Below are positions 12,095-26,241 of a stretch of 64,000 nt of DNA, in pieces. This stretch comes from Lytechinus pictus (Eukaryota): assembly GCF_037042905.1 (NCBI RefSeq), contig NC_087250.1, forward strand, positions 26,786,001 to 26,850,000, written 5' to 3'. Each line of letters opens with the position of its first letter. Positions within the stretch are counted from its first letter, which is position 1. The position numbers and the translations under genes were made by a program. The notes under the pieces were generated by a model. That model was not told the DNA's origin. It saw nothing but the letters and a program-made list of their open reading frames with translations, and searched no databases.

Positions 12095-15000
12095 TAGTTG
12101 ATCAAAAAACTGTAGGATGGTCAAAAATGAGAAGAATGAGAAGTATATGTCCTCGTTCCCTATTATGCAAAAGCTAAAAATAGTAAAAATTATAGTTTTT
12201 CCTAAAACGCATATTTTGGGAAGGTTTAAAAATTGAAATTTTATTTAACAATTTTTTGGCAAAATAAGGTATTTTATCATAAAGGTATAATTCAAAAAAT
12301 AGATACGATTGGTAATGATTGCTACCCTCGAAATAATAATATGAATACGTATTTCAGGGGTATGTTTTTGTTTCACGTCATGTTTTAGTCATTTTTGATT
12401 GGTAGTTTGGCAAACATGTGGCAACTTTTGTTTACATTCTTCCTCGGTTCGCGACGATTCGACCTACTTTGTGGATGACGTCATAAGACAAAATGGATGC
12501 GCACGTTACGCGCCCCTACAGTAAATTACGTGGGATCATCTCAACGAATGTTGGCGCTCAGCGGGATTTTCCACAGGGGGGTGAAACTCCGCTTCTGCAT
12601 CCGGTCAGAATTGAAGAAAATTTTGGAGGGTCAAAAGTGCACACTGCTCCCATTTTTCGTATACAAGCCTATGGACACCGCCACTGTTTTGGTACACCAG
12701 CGAAATGAAGGCGTGGTCACGGAACGTCCTTCGCGCATAGCGTAAAAATATGTAAATTAGTATTTTGTCACTAATTAGCATAATGCGCGACCTGATTAAT
12801 AATCGTTTATGGTGTCTGTCAGTGATTACATCATGTCAGATCATTCGTTTTTTTCCTCCTCAGAGTTTTATTATTCATCTATTTTAATGATCTATTTGTT
12901 ATTGCTTGTTACGATTATTACTGCATCTTTGCTTTGTTTTAGCTGCAAACGGCCAGGATCTTTGCTAAAAAATATTACAGAGGAGGTTCCCAAAGAAAAT
13001 GTTGCCATATACGATGACATCTCTTTAAGTTTCTGGAGCCCTTTTTTCTTTTTATTGCAGAAAACGAAATGAACCTCTTTTCATAATATAAACAAAGATA
13101 ATAACAAATCAAATTCTTTTCCATAATTGTAGTCTCCAATATAAGTCCTATTATGAATAGCAGTCCTCGGAGCACTTAATTTTAAATGGCGACTTCTATG
13201 TCAAACATCAATAATCATGACCTAGGTATATACCATATTTTAGGGGGGAGGGGGTTCTCAAAATTAAATAGGCAAGAGAGCAAACCGATCGTAGGCTATT
13301 TCTTTTTTATTTTCAACTGAAAATGAATCTGGTGTAATTTTCATTTGGAAAGAAAAAATACATTTTATATGCAGGTTTAAAAAATTTGGAGAAATAATTT
13401 GCCCCCCCCCCGTCATGAACAGTAAGGTCTTATGATTGCTTCTTTCAAAACAAACTGAACTTTCACCCCCCCCCCCATCTCTCTCTCTTTCTGTCTGTCT
13501 CTCTCTCAGAAACTGACATAACTATATGCATACAAGCAAATAATCTCCTGTCATTTTACTTTCTTTCCCACTCTTATCCTTATTTTTCTTGAATAATATT
13601 TTAATTGACTGCTGTTTGATCTCATGTAACAGTGGTATCATCACATTTCAGTACAATGCAACATCTTGTGCCATTTGTGCATAACAGCTCAGAAGCAATA
13701 CATCATCACAATTAATTGATAAATGAAAATTACCAAGATCAAAAAATTCAATTCAAAATTAACATGTTTATTAAGGAATCCATTTTCTAAAACATTGACA
13801 TTAACATAAAAATAATAATTAGCATCTACCAAGCATTAAATTGTATTTAAAAAAATGAAGGCAATGCATAGCTAAAAAGGGCTGTTACTGGGTAAGGGTA
13901 GTATGGGGTGGGTATATGAATGTACAAAAATAGGATTAAGTACATTTTTCTACATTGTACAATGTTTGTTAAAATTTCATTCAAAGGATCTCGATGAGCC
14001 TATAGTTAATATTCCATAAAAGAGCATAAAAACCTTTGATATTCGTTTATTTTCTTCCACAAAAGTTTATCACTCAAAAAAATTGGTAAATTCCTTTCAA
14101 ATTTGCTGACAAGAAATAGTCTTCTGATGTGAGAGCACTCCTCATAAGGGGGGGGGGGGTGGGACACAATGCCAGAATCCTAAAGAGTGCCTTCCCCAAT
14201 CAATACATTAGCGAATCATTAACAAAATTTGATTTGTCTACTGTCACTGTGCTTAGAATTCAATCTATTTTTGAAATATAGTCTATTTATATATTATTGC
14301 AGTGTTAGCCCATTTCACATTTTTTTTAAATGAAGATAACAATAAATGCAACTTAATAACCCTACATAATTTATGAAGACTTGCAGTGGCGTACCGTGGG
14401 TCACGGCATCGGGGGGGCACCAGCAAAAATTTTGAGACCGTTTCATATCTCTTCTTGGCACTTATGTTGTGATACCAGTACTTAAACAGCTTAGGAAGTG
14501 GGAAACCTGCATGGTAAAAAAGAGAAAAGAACATAATAAGCTGTAAATTATTTTTACTCATCTAGTCCAGTTTAGTAAAAAAAAGATGTAAACTCTATTT
14601 TATATCTTCAGTGATAAAACAAGTTTAGCACATGCAGTCACTTTCGTCCCACATCCAGATAAATTCATATATCAATATAACTATCTACAGTATGTTTTGA
14701 AAATAAAGAGTGAAAATTAATTCAAATATTTATCAGAATTTTGTGATAACTGTTAATATCTTGGGTTTTTTATGCAAATGCATGTATAGACAGGAGATAT
14801 GGATAATTAGTATGCAGTGTTAGAAATGGAAATACTGGTGAATCTGAATTCAAACAAATATTAACTCACAATGGAACTTTAACATTACATGATATCGCAT
14901 CATGTTTCAGCACAATTGGCCATAGCCCACCCCCTCCCAAAAAAGGGGAAATATTCATTTTTTTTTTTTTTGGGGGGGGGGGTGATGAGCTTAGATACAG

Positions 15001-15694
15001 CCTGTATATTATCAAAACAGTAAGCATACCTTGCAATTTTTCCATTCAGATATCCTGTTCCTCATTAGATTGTAACTAACACTTGCTGATCGGCATGGTT
15101 CTCAATTTTGTACTTCTGACTAGGTGTGAACTGCTAAGAACTTGGTCCCACTGGATCTGCAATTGACAATTTAAATTTGAGAGTTTTAGAGATAATAAAA
15201 TTACTCTTCTTAAACAATGTTTTTGAAATTTCTAGCTGCCCATATCCCAGGTCTATGAATGAATATTCCAAACTAGAACAAAAAAGTTATCTGGACCCGA
15301 AACTTCATTCTCTATCACATAGAGGCATAGGCCTACCTCACTCTGTTTATAAAAGTAAAATGATTCCAACCACATATTTCTACAGCTGTAATAGCTGAAT
15401 CTGGTCTATGCTGGGCCTGTATAACTTAAGAATCACGTCACATTTGAATGAAGTAAACACTAAGAACGTTTTCAAATTACCACCCCAGGCCGGACCCAGG
15501 GTATCCTGTTCAAATAGACTTGATTTAGGTCTAGGGTAGGCTACGCCATTTCATTCAAATCTAAGACTAAGACAAGTAACACTTAACATAACAGACATTA
15601 ATGCTAAGTCAATCGTATTTCAACACTGATTATTCTGAAGTAAAGCGTTCCTGAATAAAAGAAACTGCTGAGAATTATACTTATTCATATGAAG

Positions 15695-15776
15695 ATGAAA
15701 TAGAGGGGACGGACTAGGCCTAAACTTCAACTTTCAAGCTTGAAGTTTGGGCCTAGTCCGTCCCCGCTATTTTCAT
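15695..15776. other. Near-perfect ~82-nt inverted repeat (hairpin)
   Basis: Arms ATGAAATAGAGGGGACGGACTAGGCCTAAACTTCAA and TTGAAGTTTGGGCCTAGTCCGTCCCCGCTATTTTCAT around a short loop. Confidence 0.85.
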
Positions 15777-16634
15777 ACCCCATGACTACATCGACAATCT
15801 CGCTCGGCTAGCACCGGCGATATCAAAGGCCGGATCCCGCTCTGACCATATCCCTACATTGACCTAAATTTGAATAGGCCTAAAATCGACAGTTTGTCGT
15901 TACTAAAAAACAGGAGGTCGGAAACAAGTCCACATCTACCCCTGATAATTGTCTAATCACAATAAAACTGAAATAAAGGTTTACTTTGGACCTACATGAA
16001 GCATTCCGATGAATGTCTAGATCTACGACAAACTATATAGACCCCTAGTCCTAGAAACTCAATGATCGATCACACTTATTTGGAAGTCAGGCAAAAGAAA
16101 TATTGAAATTGAGGTTTACATAGTGCGTAATACAGGATGAGCCCCGAACCCCGGCAAACACATTACAATTTGCAAGTGAGATCAAAACATGAAAATGAGC
16201 GTAACTTACTTTTATTCCTATGGAATGTCATTAGAATAGTATTGATGTTCCCTCCAAGATTTTCCGCTCCAATGAAGTTCACTCAGAAACCATGATTTCG
16301 AACATCAATTCTATAAACAGATAATTAGTCTAGCTATTTCGTTTCAGAAACTTCAAATTCGCAGAGTCCAAAAGAACGACACTTCGCACAGATATCGTAG
16401 GGAATTGTGGGACGGAAAAAAATGTTTAATGCATGAGTACATGAATAAAACATTAGCGTTTAATCCAATCATACAAGTGCATTATGCGTATTTTGACGTC
16501 ATTCTCATGAATAAAACATTGACCCTCCAAAATCATCCTTCAAATTGTCCGCCGGCAGCCATGTTGGCTATGTACAAAACCTATGGGAAATAAAAACGCG
16601 CGGAAAGAGTTCCCTCTCTAGCTCCCTTCGGGAG

Positions 16635-19544
16635 CACGTACGTGCAGTCGCCGCTGGCTAACGTCAGCTTAATGGACGACGCCATATTGCCAGATTCAGG
16701 CAGATTTGGCCCGCGCCCTCTCCGGCTAACGCTCGGCTAAAGCTCGAACGCCATTCACCCATACACTAATTCCCCTTGATTACCGTTGTTAAAAACCTCT
16801 GTCATATCTTTTCCAGCATTTTTATGAATTAGCGATTGATGTTTTTCCGTTTATCAGATATCCTTCATTATACACATATTTTTTTCATATTTATAACATT
16901 TTTATTTTAATCACAATTTTAGTCCAAACGCGGGTCAGTTTTTGTTAACCCACGTTGTTTGTGCATGCCCACGTATAGCCTTACGCGTATTGAAAGGAAT
17001 GATGTTGGGTCGAAAAACAGAATTGTTATTGTTTGTTCCTTGTTTGTTGGGGATGAAACTATGATGGCGACCAGTCACGTTTGACTGTACCGCCAAATAG
17101 TTAAGATTAATTAATTAAGGTCAAGGTGAGATAAGAGAAATGAGCAAGGGGCATTGTGGTGGGGGAGGGGGAGGGGGAGAGGGAGAGAGGGGGGGGGGGG
17201 TTACGAGGGCCGAGTGGGGATACAGTTTCATCATGCAGTACAGGGCGTCGATGAACACTTTTATTTTTTTCTCCAAAATATGGAAAGTGACAGAATAATC
17301 AGAAAAAGGTTGATTGGTTCTGATTTTGAAAAAAAAAACAGAATTTATCAAGATTGCTGTTATTCTTCATGGTTGTAGAATTTAATTTAGTTTCTCTGAT
17401 AAGTATAATTCTTTCAAACAACTCAAATTTTGATTAATCGTATTTCATTTATTTCACTCTTTTCTTTCGCCTCGTTTTTTTTTCTTCCAAAAAACCAGGG
17501 AGCTGAAAAATATGAGAGCTAGAACCTAAAGATATGGGGTAGCTATGACGTTGGAGGGGGCGCAGCCTCATGCACTTGCAGATCCAAATCAATTTTCACA
17601 GGGGAGACACTTAGAGTAGCCCCTATTTCTTTAATATTATTTTTACAAGCAAAAAGAAGTCAATGAAGACATCAGGCCACCGACAGCTGCCTCGTCAAAG
17701 GGGGGGGGGGGGGCGGTCGATTATTTTGAGTATTTTTTTTTCATTTTGTCCTCAATAAGGGGGGGGGGGGGTTCAATTAATTCTATATACACTTCTATTG
17801 TCTTTATATATGGGGGGGTCTGCTACTGAGCATGTTTTTAAAAGGGCTTAATAAGGGGCTTAATACAACAGAAATTGTACGATTTAATACAATAAAATGT
17901 ATCATCGAGGTTAATACTAAATTAATACACAATTAATAATTGTTTTAATTGAAAATGAAAATAATAAAGGCACCCATATAGATCTTAACATCTCATAAAT
18001 ACAGGCCTATAAACCTGTATTGGAAGTTGAACAGGCATAAAGTATAAATGTTTAGCTATATAGCTGATGCTTTGATCCCGCAACCAAATAATGTTATCAT
18101 AAACTAGTAGATGTTATATCAGTCATGTCAGTGGCGTAACAAGTGAAAATAATTGAGGGTACTACGATATGGCGTATCAGGCAAAATTTATAATATATAG
18201 TTGCAAGCAAGCGACATAAGCATAATTTTGACTTTTGGTTACAAAAATCCAATTGAACAATTTCGCAAGATTCTCTTACCTTTTCCTTTTTTTTCTTGTT
18301 CGTGAATTGGGGGCATGCAAGACCCCACCCCCCCCCCATACAGCACCACTCTTTGTTGTCACTGTCTAAAATGTGATTTAAACTTTGAGAATTTGAATTT
18401 CTTATCTAAGTAATCCAAAGGGATAAGACAAAAATATTTGCAGATTACTTATTTCAAAGTATTTTTATACCTAGTATAACTCCCCAACTCTGCTCTAGCT
18501 GCACTGCACGTTGCCTAACGGCCTTCCACCAAAGGGCCAGGCCGACTCGCCCCGTGAGCAAGTGACCGCGTTCGCGTAAGTTCACCCGAAGCCAGGACTA
18601 AATTCTGACCATAAACATCACCTAACTAATCACTCTCTGACAATATTTCAAAGTATCTTTTATTACAGTCGATCCTTTGGGCCATTAAACGATAATATTT
18701 CCAATGTTATCATGACAAACAATTTTAATGAGATAGTGGCATTGTAGAAAAAACAAATTTATAAGCACGAAATGGCACCAGATAAATCATCAAACATACA
18801 GCGCAGCGTTCGGGACTGGTGAGTGGTACGGCTCTCTTGGAGTTTTCGCCCCGACGAATTCGGCGAAAACGCTACCATTGCGCCGTGCGAATGTTCAATC
18901 TGCGGCTCTCAATCAGAGACTTGAATGTCTCTTTTTGCATTATCGAAAATGTATCATAGACTTTGTTTGATTTGTTTACAAGTAAGTTGCATATCCGTCG
19001 TGATAATTAGGAAAATCCATGATGTCTTCTTCTAATTCTGTAAAAATTACCTCTTCAATGTGCCTGTGTCAGAAAATTGCCGGAAATCGTAAAAACTTGC
19101 CTAAAATGTCTCTTTTTGAAAGTTCATCCATGGTCTGGAAAAAAATGTTATAATTTATGTAGACGTATACCGTAAACAAATACATCCTCGATCACTGAAA
19201 TGAAGTGTTTGCTAAGCTTTTATATCTCAGACCGCGTTACCATGGCAACTTGGGAAAACCTTTATTTTTTACTAATAAAATTCTGGTTTTAAGGGTCATT
19301 TTAGAGACATAAAACTAACCATATTTTGAAGTATTGGGTTTAAATTTCACATAAAACTGAATTATCTATGTTTATACTTTCGTATATGAATATTCATATT
19401 TCTTGTAGAATCTTAGTTTTTGATTGGTCAATGTTTCAGTCATGGGTAATAACTGAGCGTTAAAAAATCTGAAAATGCGCATTTTATCGGCAACCAACAA
19501 GCAAGATGGCGGAACACATTAAGTTGGCGCTATGCACGTACGTG
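16635..19544. mobile_element. Non-autonomous Chapaev-like DNA transposon (CAC...GTG, 4-bp TSD)
   Basis: TIR CACGTACGTGCA / TGCACGTACGTG; GGAG at 16631-16634 and 19545-19548; removing it restores a palindrome and an open reading frame. Confidence 0.7.
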
Positions 19545-22500
19545 GGAGCTTATACGTAAGATCGTATCTCTGTGATTTTCCAAGGCCCTATATAAACAAG
19601 GTTGCGACACCGGAAGTTGCCGTCATTTGCTCATGGAGCTTTTGAATAGTTCCAAACTCACCGAAGTCAATGGGGGAGATTTTTCGACAGCAAATTTCAG
19701 GTAATTACAATTGTTATTAAGAAAAACAAAATGATCGTTTTTAACGAGAATTTTATGTGCTTCATTTCTATGTGATCGATTTGCAATAATTTTGAATTTT
19801 AACATGCTTTTTTACTAATTTTTAATAGTTCCAAGGCATAAACATGACAGTAAAGATACGGTATGGGACTGGCAACCGTGGCCGGCAGTGGGGCTGGCTC
19901 AGTAGGCCGATATACGCTGTGACTGGTTGTGTTTCCTGACGGGTTGGGCGTCCGGACTCATGAGTTTTTCCTTTCGATTTTGAAAAGTTTACAAGCAATG
20001 TCTTTGATTTTTTTAGCACAGAATGTAAGAAAATATTATAAAGAACAAATAATGATGGTGATAAGCATTATTCAAGCTATATTTTTTGCTTTATTTTCCT
20101 GAGAAGTGAGATAAAAATAAAAAAACAAGTGAGATAAAAATAAAAAAACAAGTGAGATAAAAAAAAAAAAAAAAAAAAAAAACAGCAAGCCTAGAGTACT
20201 TCTACATAGGATGGGGGTCGGGTGTCCGGACACTTTATATTTTTGAAGCCTTCTTTTTTGTCTTTATATGAATTTAATAGTTGTAATCATCTTCTATTTT
20301 GTTCTTTGTAATATATTCCTTAACATTTTGTACTAAAAATTGATGAAACTTCGCTTGTAAATTTTTCCAGACGACTTTCTAAAGTAAAATTGATCGCCCG
20401 GACACACAACAACTGGGTATACAAGGCTTCATTTTTCAGTGTCCAGACACCCAACCCCTCATCGATGTTTCCACAGATCCAAAACAAATTTCCTGAAAAT
20501 GAACCCCAAATTTTCTAAAATTCATAGACAATTCCTGGAATTTTCAATTTTGATTTTCAACGAAAATCTGGCAATAATAAATAATAATTAATACAGTGAG
20601 CTTAAATTTGGTCCAAGAAGTGACCAAAATCAAGAAATTTAACAGTTTTTGTTCATCATGTCCTCTTGAAAAATAGGAACAAAATTAGGAAATAACGAGC
20701 GCAGAAAATTATAAGTTTCGATGATGGAGCCTAATTGGAGCCTACGTCTGGATCCGGAGGAAGATCTAATGTTAGATCTAAATCTTTATAAAATATTACA
20801 TGAATATTTTAAAGTTGCTACGGTTAATTGTTGTTTAATTGTAATCATGGGCGGATCCAGTATTTTCCAAAACGGGAGGCACATTTTTCTGAGGAAAGAT
20901 TTAACAACGCTAAAAGAAAAGGGTCTTCACTTTCAAGGGGGGGGGGCAGGGGCACACTTCTACATTTCTACATTACAATTTTTAGTTTTGCTTCTCAAGG
21001 GGTCTTGGGGGGCACAAGCTGGCTTTGCCACCCCTCCCTCTTGCAATTTTTGGATTTCCTGAATTTCCTGGAATTTTTTTCATTTCTGGAACCTTTCCTG
21101 GAAAAAGTTTTTAAAATTCTCAAATTTATGGAAGAGTGGAAGCACCCCATCCACTTGCACTCTTCAACCACCCTGTCTGTCTTGAGTCAATGCAACATAC
21201 ATGTACAATGCACACTCAAAAAGTCTTTAAAATATCACTTTTTTTTTACATTAAAAAAACTCAGATCCATTCAGTTATTTGTTTTCATTCTAAACTTAGA
21301 AAAAAAAAATTTATTCACCAGAGCGCTCAAAAATTTTAATTTTGAGCATATTTTTGTGAGGCCTTCTGAGATTGATGCAGATCTTCATCTCCACAGACTC
21401 TCTTTTTAATCCCTTTTTTATTAGAAAAAATAATAATTTCAAGAATTCAATTTAGTTTTGTGCCAAGGCATTTTTTTATGATGATGAATTCACTGTATAG
21501 TCAAAATTGACTGTTCCAAAATATCAAGTATTCATCCAGTCTAGATCAAGAGAAAATCAACAATCTTGTTTACAATCTTGTTCACCGCATAGGTTACTAA
21601 CTGCGGACAAGGACAGGTTATCACAACCTTGTGATAAAAGTGGTGTTAGCTTAGGACTGCATTTTTTTAAAGTGGTGTTAGACCACATGGATGTTATCAC
21701 AACCTTATAATATTGGATAAGTGCCCCCATCATACCACTAGTTGCATGTCCGGACAGGTTGGGTATCTAGACCGAAAATTTCTTCCACTAGGCCAAGTAA
21801 TTTGAAATGGTTTGGAATTAAAATCAATTCTTTGTAGTTTTTCAAAGAAACTTTTAGAATTTGGAGGCCTAATGTAGCATACATGTACATGTAGACCTCT
21901 ACTCTGTTGATATGTAGTATGGATTGGTGTGATAAGTAATTACAAAAGCCAATGACAATACATGCTTAGTTGACTAGATAATCACTGATGCACGATCATG
22001 CACCAAACTTATCTAAGTTAGATCTAAATGTAGATTTTTTTTTCAATTTGATTGTGGACAATAAAATAGGCCCTAATTGCTGCCGATTGATCTGTTTTGG
22101 ATGAGAGGAACTACTGGATAAGCCTGTAAGCTGTGAAAGTATGATTGTTTGATTTCCATCATTATAGTAATAAGATGTGATTATATTACATACATGTAGG
22201 GCTACATTGTGCAATCAATCTTTCTTATTTCCTTTAAATCTTCTCCTTTAAATCTTGCATCATGTATCAGTCCGCCTGTCTTCTGACTGCATTTTGTGCA
22301 ATGTTGGATGAGTTCGACTCTCATGAAGTTCAAAATTTAAATTCAGAACTTTCATTGGTGGCAACAGCATAAAATGAGGGTCAATCTCTCACTCTCTACC
22401 TCTTCTTTCTTTTATTTTATATTTAGTGTACATGTAATGATAATATAGTTGGATCATGCATTAATTTAGATAGTTGTAAAGAGGTTGTTTTATTAAGCAA

Positions 22501-24592
22501 ATACATTTTAATGCCAATATGAACTTTATATGGCATTGGATGGGTGAGGATGTGCCATGGCCGCATTAGTCTGCAGGCACAGACCGAATGAAACTTGTTC
22601 TAAGTGTGGCTCCAAGGAAGATACATGGTGACCATGAAACCTACTACACTGTCTCAGATGTTGTTCTGCTACACTATTCTTCTTCGCCATGGAAAATTCC
22701 AGAAGTTACAACATCTGAGATGGTACAGAGATTGAAGCTTTTTGGTCTAGAAAATGTGCAAAATATTGGCAGTGCAGAAATGAAAAAAAAAAAAAAAAGG
22801 AAGCTACATGCAAACCAACTGGATTACTAAACTCATTTGTCCATGTACTGACACCATGAAAGCATTTAGGGTTATCATAGACCTAGTGGTCAATGATGTT
22901 CGAATATGCCTTGTGAGAATTGAACTCACCCAGTACACAACAAAGAGTTTATAGCCAAATTGGTACTAAGCTAGACAGGAATAACCATCGTTTCTGGGGA
23001 TTTATTTAACAATTTCTGACATTTTACTAATAAGTGAGAGAAGCCAACGCAGTTCAGCGAAACAACCAAATACAGAGACTGATGCTTTTGGTCTAGTACT
23101 GTACTAGGCCTACCTGGGTATTTCACTTGCCTTCGGAATAGTTTTACATCACAGTGGCAACTATAAGGATAGCCCTGGCCTGTATCATATATGAAAATAA
23201 AATAAGGCATGTTAATCTCGAGAGCACCGAGGTACAAGTGTGTAAGGCATGATTATAATGTAAGTGGTATAAAATCCAAAGAACACCATGGTATGTTTTT
23301 ACAGGGCATAAAGGGTAGAATTATTAAGAACGCTATAAAAAATTATGTAGCGATAGGAATATAAGGGGATACTAGCTCTGGGCTTTTGTAATTCTGGTGA
23401 CAACTGACAAGACCACTTATCCAAAGTAAAAGGTTATGACATAAACCTAACCTTATCCTCAGTTAGTAACCCCTGTGCTGTGTGGTGATTGAAATGAATA
23501 AGTATTTATTTACTTTTTTTTTGTATGTTCTTTTGATCTAAACTGGATAAATGCTTCATTATTTGGCACAGTCCTGGTTGTAAATTCATCTTATGCCTTT
23601 GCTCCAAAATAAATTGAATTCTTGAAATTAATTTTGTTCTAATTAAAAATAAAGTTTGTGAATGTGAATATCTCACTTATCTCACTTTCCACCAAATAAT
23701 AGGCAATATATGTTTCATCTTCAAAATCTAAATTCACAAAATTGATTCTAATTCAATTGTCAAAGTTGATTATCAAATGAACGTAATTCCCAAGGATACC
23801 AATTACCTTTCTTATAACATCTTTGCATACATTTTTTGCCTGTATTTTGTCATGTTTATTTATAACTCACTGCATGTAGATCTAGATCTATTTGGTATTA
23901 TAGGTCTATCTGATCTTATTCTTAGTTAGACTTGCCTATTTAGATCTAGTAGTAATATTTTTTGCTGCTCTTTTTTGTTAATAGGGTCACATGGAAGACC
24001 ACCAAGTTAATGATATGTGCCACCCTGTGACCTGTTTAAATATCAGAAATTTAAAAAAATCAATTCTCACAGTCACAGTCCACTCACACTATTGCGAGGT
24101 TAGTATATGCTATACGGTCACAGACTCACAGTCAAACTGAAACTCGATCAGTCAAAGACAAAAGCACAAAGTAAAAAATATGCTCAAATCAATCATGTTT
24201 TTGAGCTCTCTTGTAAAAAAAAATCAAAATCAGCTAAATTTACAACGGCACAAAATCTACAATAAGAATTTAGGATATGAAACTAGTATTTATGTCACCA
24301 CATACATCTCAGTCTCACCTCTCGCTCTCCAAACGACCCGTGGGGGACCAGCAGAACCTTACATCCAGCCCGACAGTTCCGGGGAAAATTAGTGCAGCGT
24401 CCCACTCGCTACCAGCAGCAGTGAGCATTTACGGCTTGCGACGAACTCGGCTGCCATTTTTCAACTCAACGATATTTCACGTATTTTGTTATAATCTCGT
24501 ACAAATTTGATAAATTTAGGTGGTCGCTAATATATTGGTATGAATGTGCAGCGTAAAAATAAATTTCTAACGTCTATTTCCGATATAATTAT

Positions 24593-25489
24593 AAACAAGT
24601 GGAATGCCTCTGGCCGTCTCACCTGCATCACGCGATTCAATATAGCAGCAGTGCTGATTTTGAAAACTACTATAACTCGCACAAGATGTTCAGTGATACT
24701 TGGTTACTCTTATTTCCACGTTTTATGAACTAGACCAATACACTTATAGAGATATGATGGCAATTCAACAAATACCCCCAACGTGGCCAAAGTTCTTTGA
24801 CCTTACATGACCTTTGACCTTGATCATGTGACCTGAAACTCGCACAGGATGTTCAGTGATACTTGATTACTATTATGTCCAAGATTTATGAACTAGACCA
24901 ACACACTTTCAAATTTATGGCTGTAATTCAACAAATACCCCCAATTTGGCCAAAGTTCATTGACCCTAAATGACCTTTGACCTTGATCATGTGACCTGAA
25001 ACTTGCACAGGATGTTCAGTAATACTTGATTACTATTATGTCCAAGTTTCATGAATCAGATCCATAAACTTTCAAAGTTATGATGGTAATTCAACAGATA
25101 CCCCCAATTCGGCCAAAGTTCATTGACCCTAAATGACCTTTGACCTTGGTCATGTGTCGTGAAACTCATGCAGGATGTTCAGTGATACTTGATTAACCTT
25201 ATGTATAAGTTTCATGAACTAGGTCCATATATTTTCTAAGTTATGATGACATTTCAAAAACTTAACCTTAGGTTAAGATTTTGATGTTGATTCCCCCAAC
25301 ATGGTCTAAGTTCATTGACCCTAAATGACCTTTGACCTTGGTCATGTGACATGAAACTCAGGCAGGATGTTCAGTAATACTTGATTAACCTTATGGCCAA
25401 GTTTCATGAACTAGGTCCATATACTTTCTAAGTTATGCTGTCATTTCAAAAACTTAACCTCAGGTTAAGATTTGGTGTTGACGCCGCCG

Positions 25490-25526
<37 letters not shown>

Positions 25527-25582
25527 CGCCGTCGGAAAAGCGGCGCCTATAGTCTCACTCTGCTATGCAGGTGAGACAAAAA
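24593..25582 (-). mobile_element. HINE/pearl-like element, second copy (inverted)
   Basis: Reverse complement of 7172-8130 with few substitutions and a longer (GCC)n tract. Confidence 0.8.
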
Positions 25583-25697
25583 TGATTCAAAACTTTGCAC
25601 GCATTTCCAATGGTAGCAGTCGACAAAAAGGCCCGGTTGGAACTATTCGAGACCCTTCAAATTTGACCTTTGACCCCTGTTGTCGCAACCTTGTTTA

Positions 25698-26241
25698 TGT
25701 TGTAAAAATGAGAGTTGTGGTGTTAGCGATGGTGTGATGGCACGAGATACGATACAATACGATGGCGAGTGGTTAAACTTACAATTACAACACTGACAAT
25801 GGTTACGACTCACGAATACACGAATGGGTTACTGACGGTACGAAACAGTGACAACAACTAATACTTACCTGACTCTTGTACTGACGATGCCACACGGTAG
25901 ATACAGATAACAGGTTTCTTATAAGACTTCTAATAACAGACCACGGCGCCGGGTGGGGATGCAGCTGGGTTGATGCGTCCACACTCGTTGGCGTCTCGGG
26001 GTCTTCTCTCTGTGGTGTCTAGTCTGGATCTAATCTCTCAGCACCAGCTTGTGTACGTGCTGTGCAACGCACACACGTAGCAGGCGTAGGAGCATATAAA
26101 GGCTCCTCCAATCAGGAGCGCTCCTCGCATACACACAGCACATACACAGACTTAATATACATGAACATAGATCAATACATATATACTAATACACAGACTA
26201 ATACATATATGGTACTACAGGTACATGGCAAATTTACTACA
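25698..26241 (-). repeat. 3' LTR
   Basis: Preceded on the minus strand by the polypurine tract; 26016-26241 is identical to 33111-33336. Confidence 0.92.

Noticed and set aside
20721..21409. 113-aa and 193-aa ORFs
   Set aside because: Low-complexity translations over a repeat fragment and AT-rich DNA, with no recognisable motif.
22570..23090. Cys-rich coding-like stretch (CSKCGS, HCLRCC, CPC) inside the P-like element
   Set aside because: Many stops and frame changes; no family can be assigned by eye. A translated HMM search would settle it.
25435..25737. Poly-Ala ORF
   Set aside because: Arises from the (GCC)n tract of the HINE-like element and runs across element junctions.
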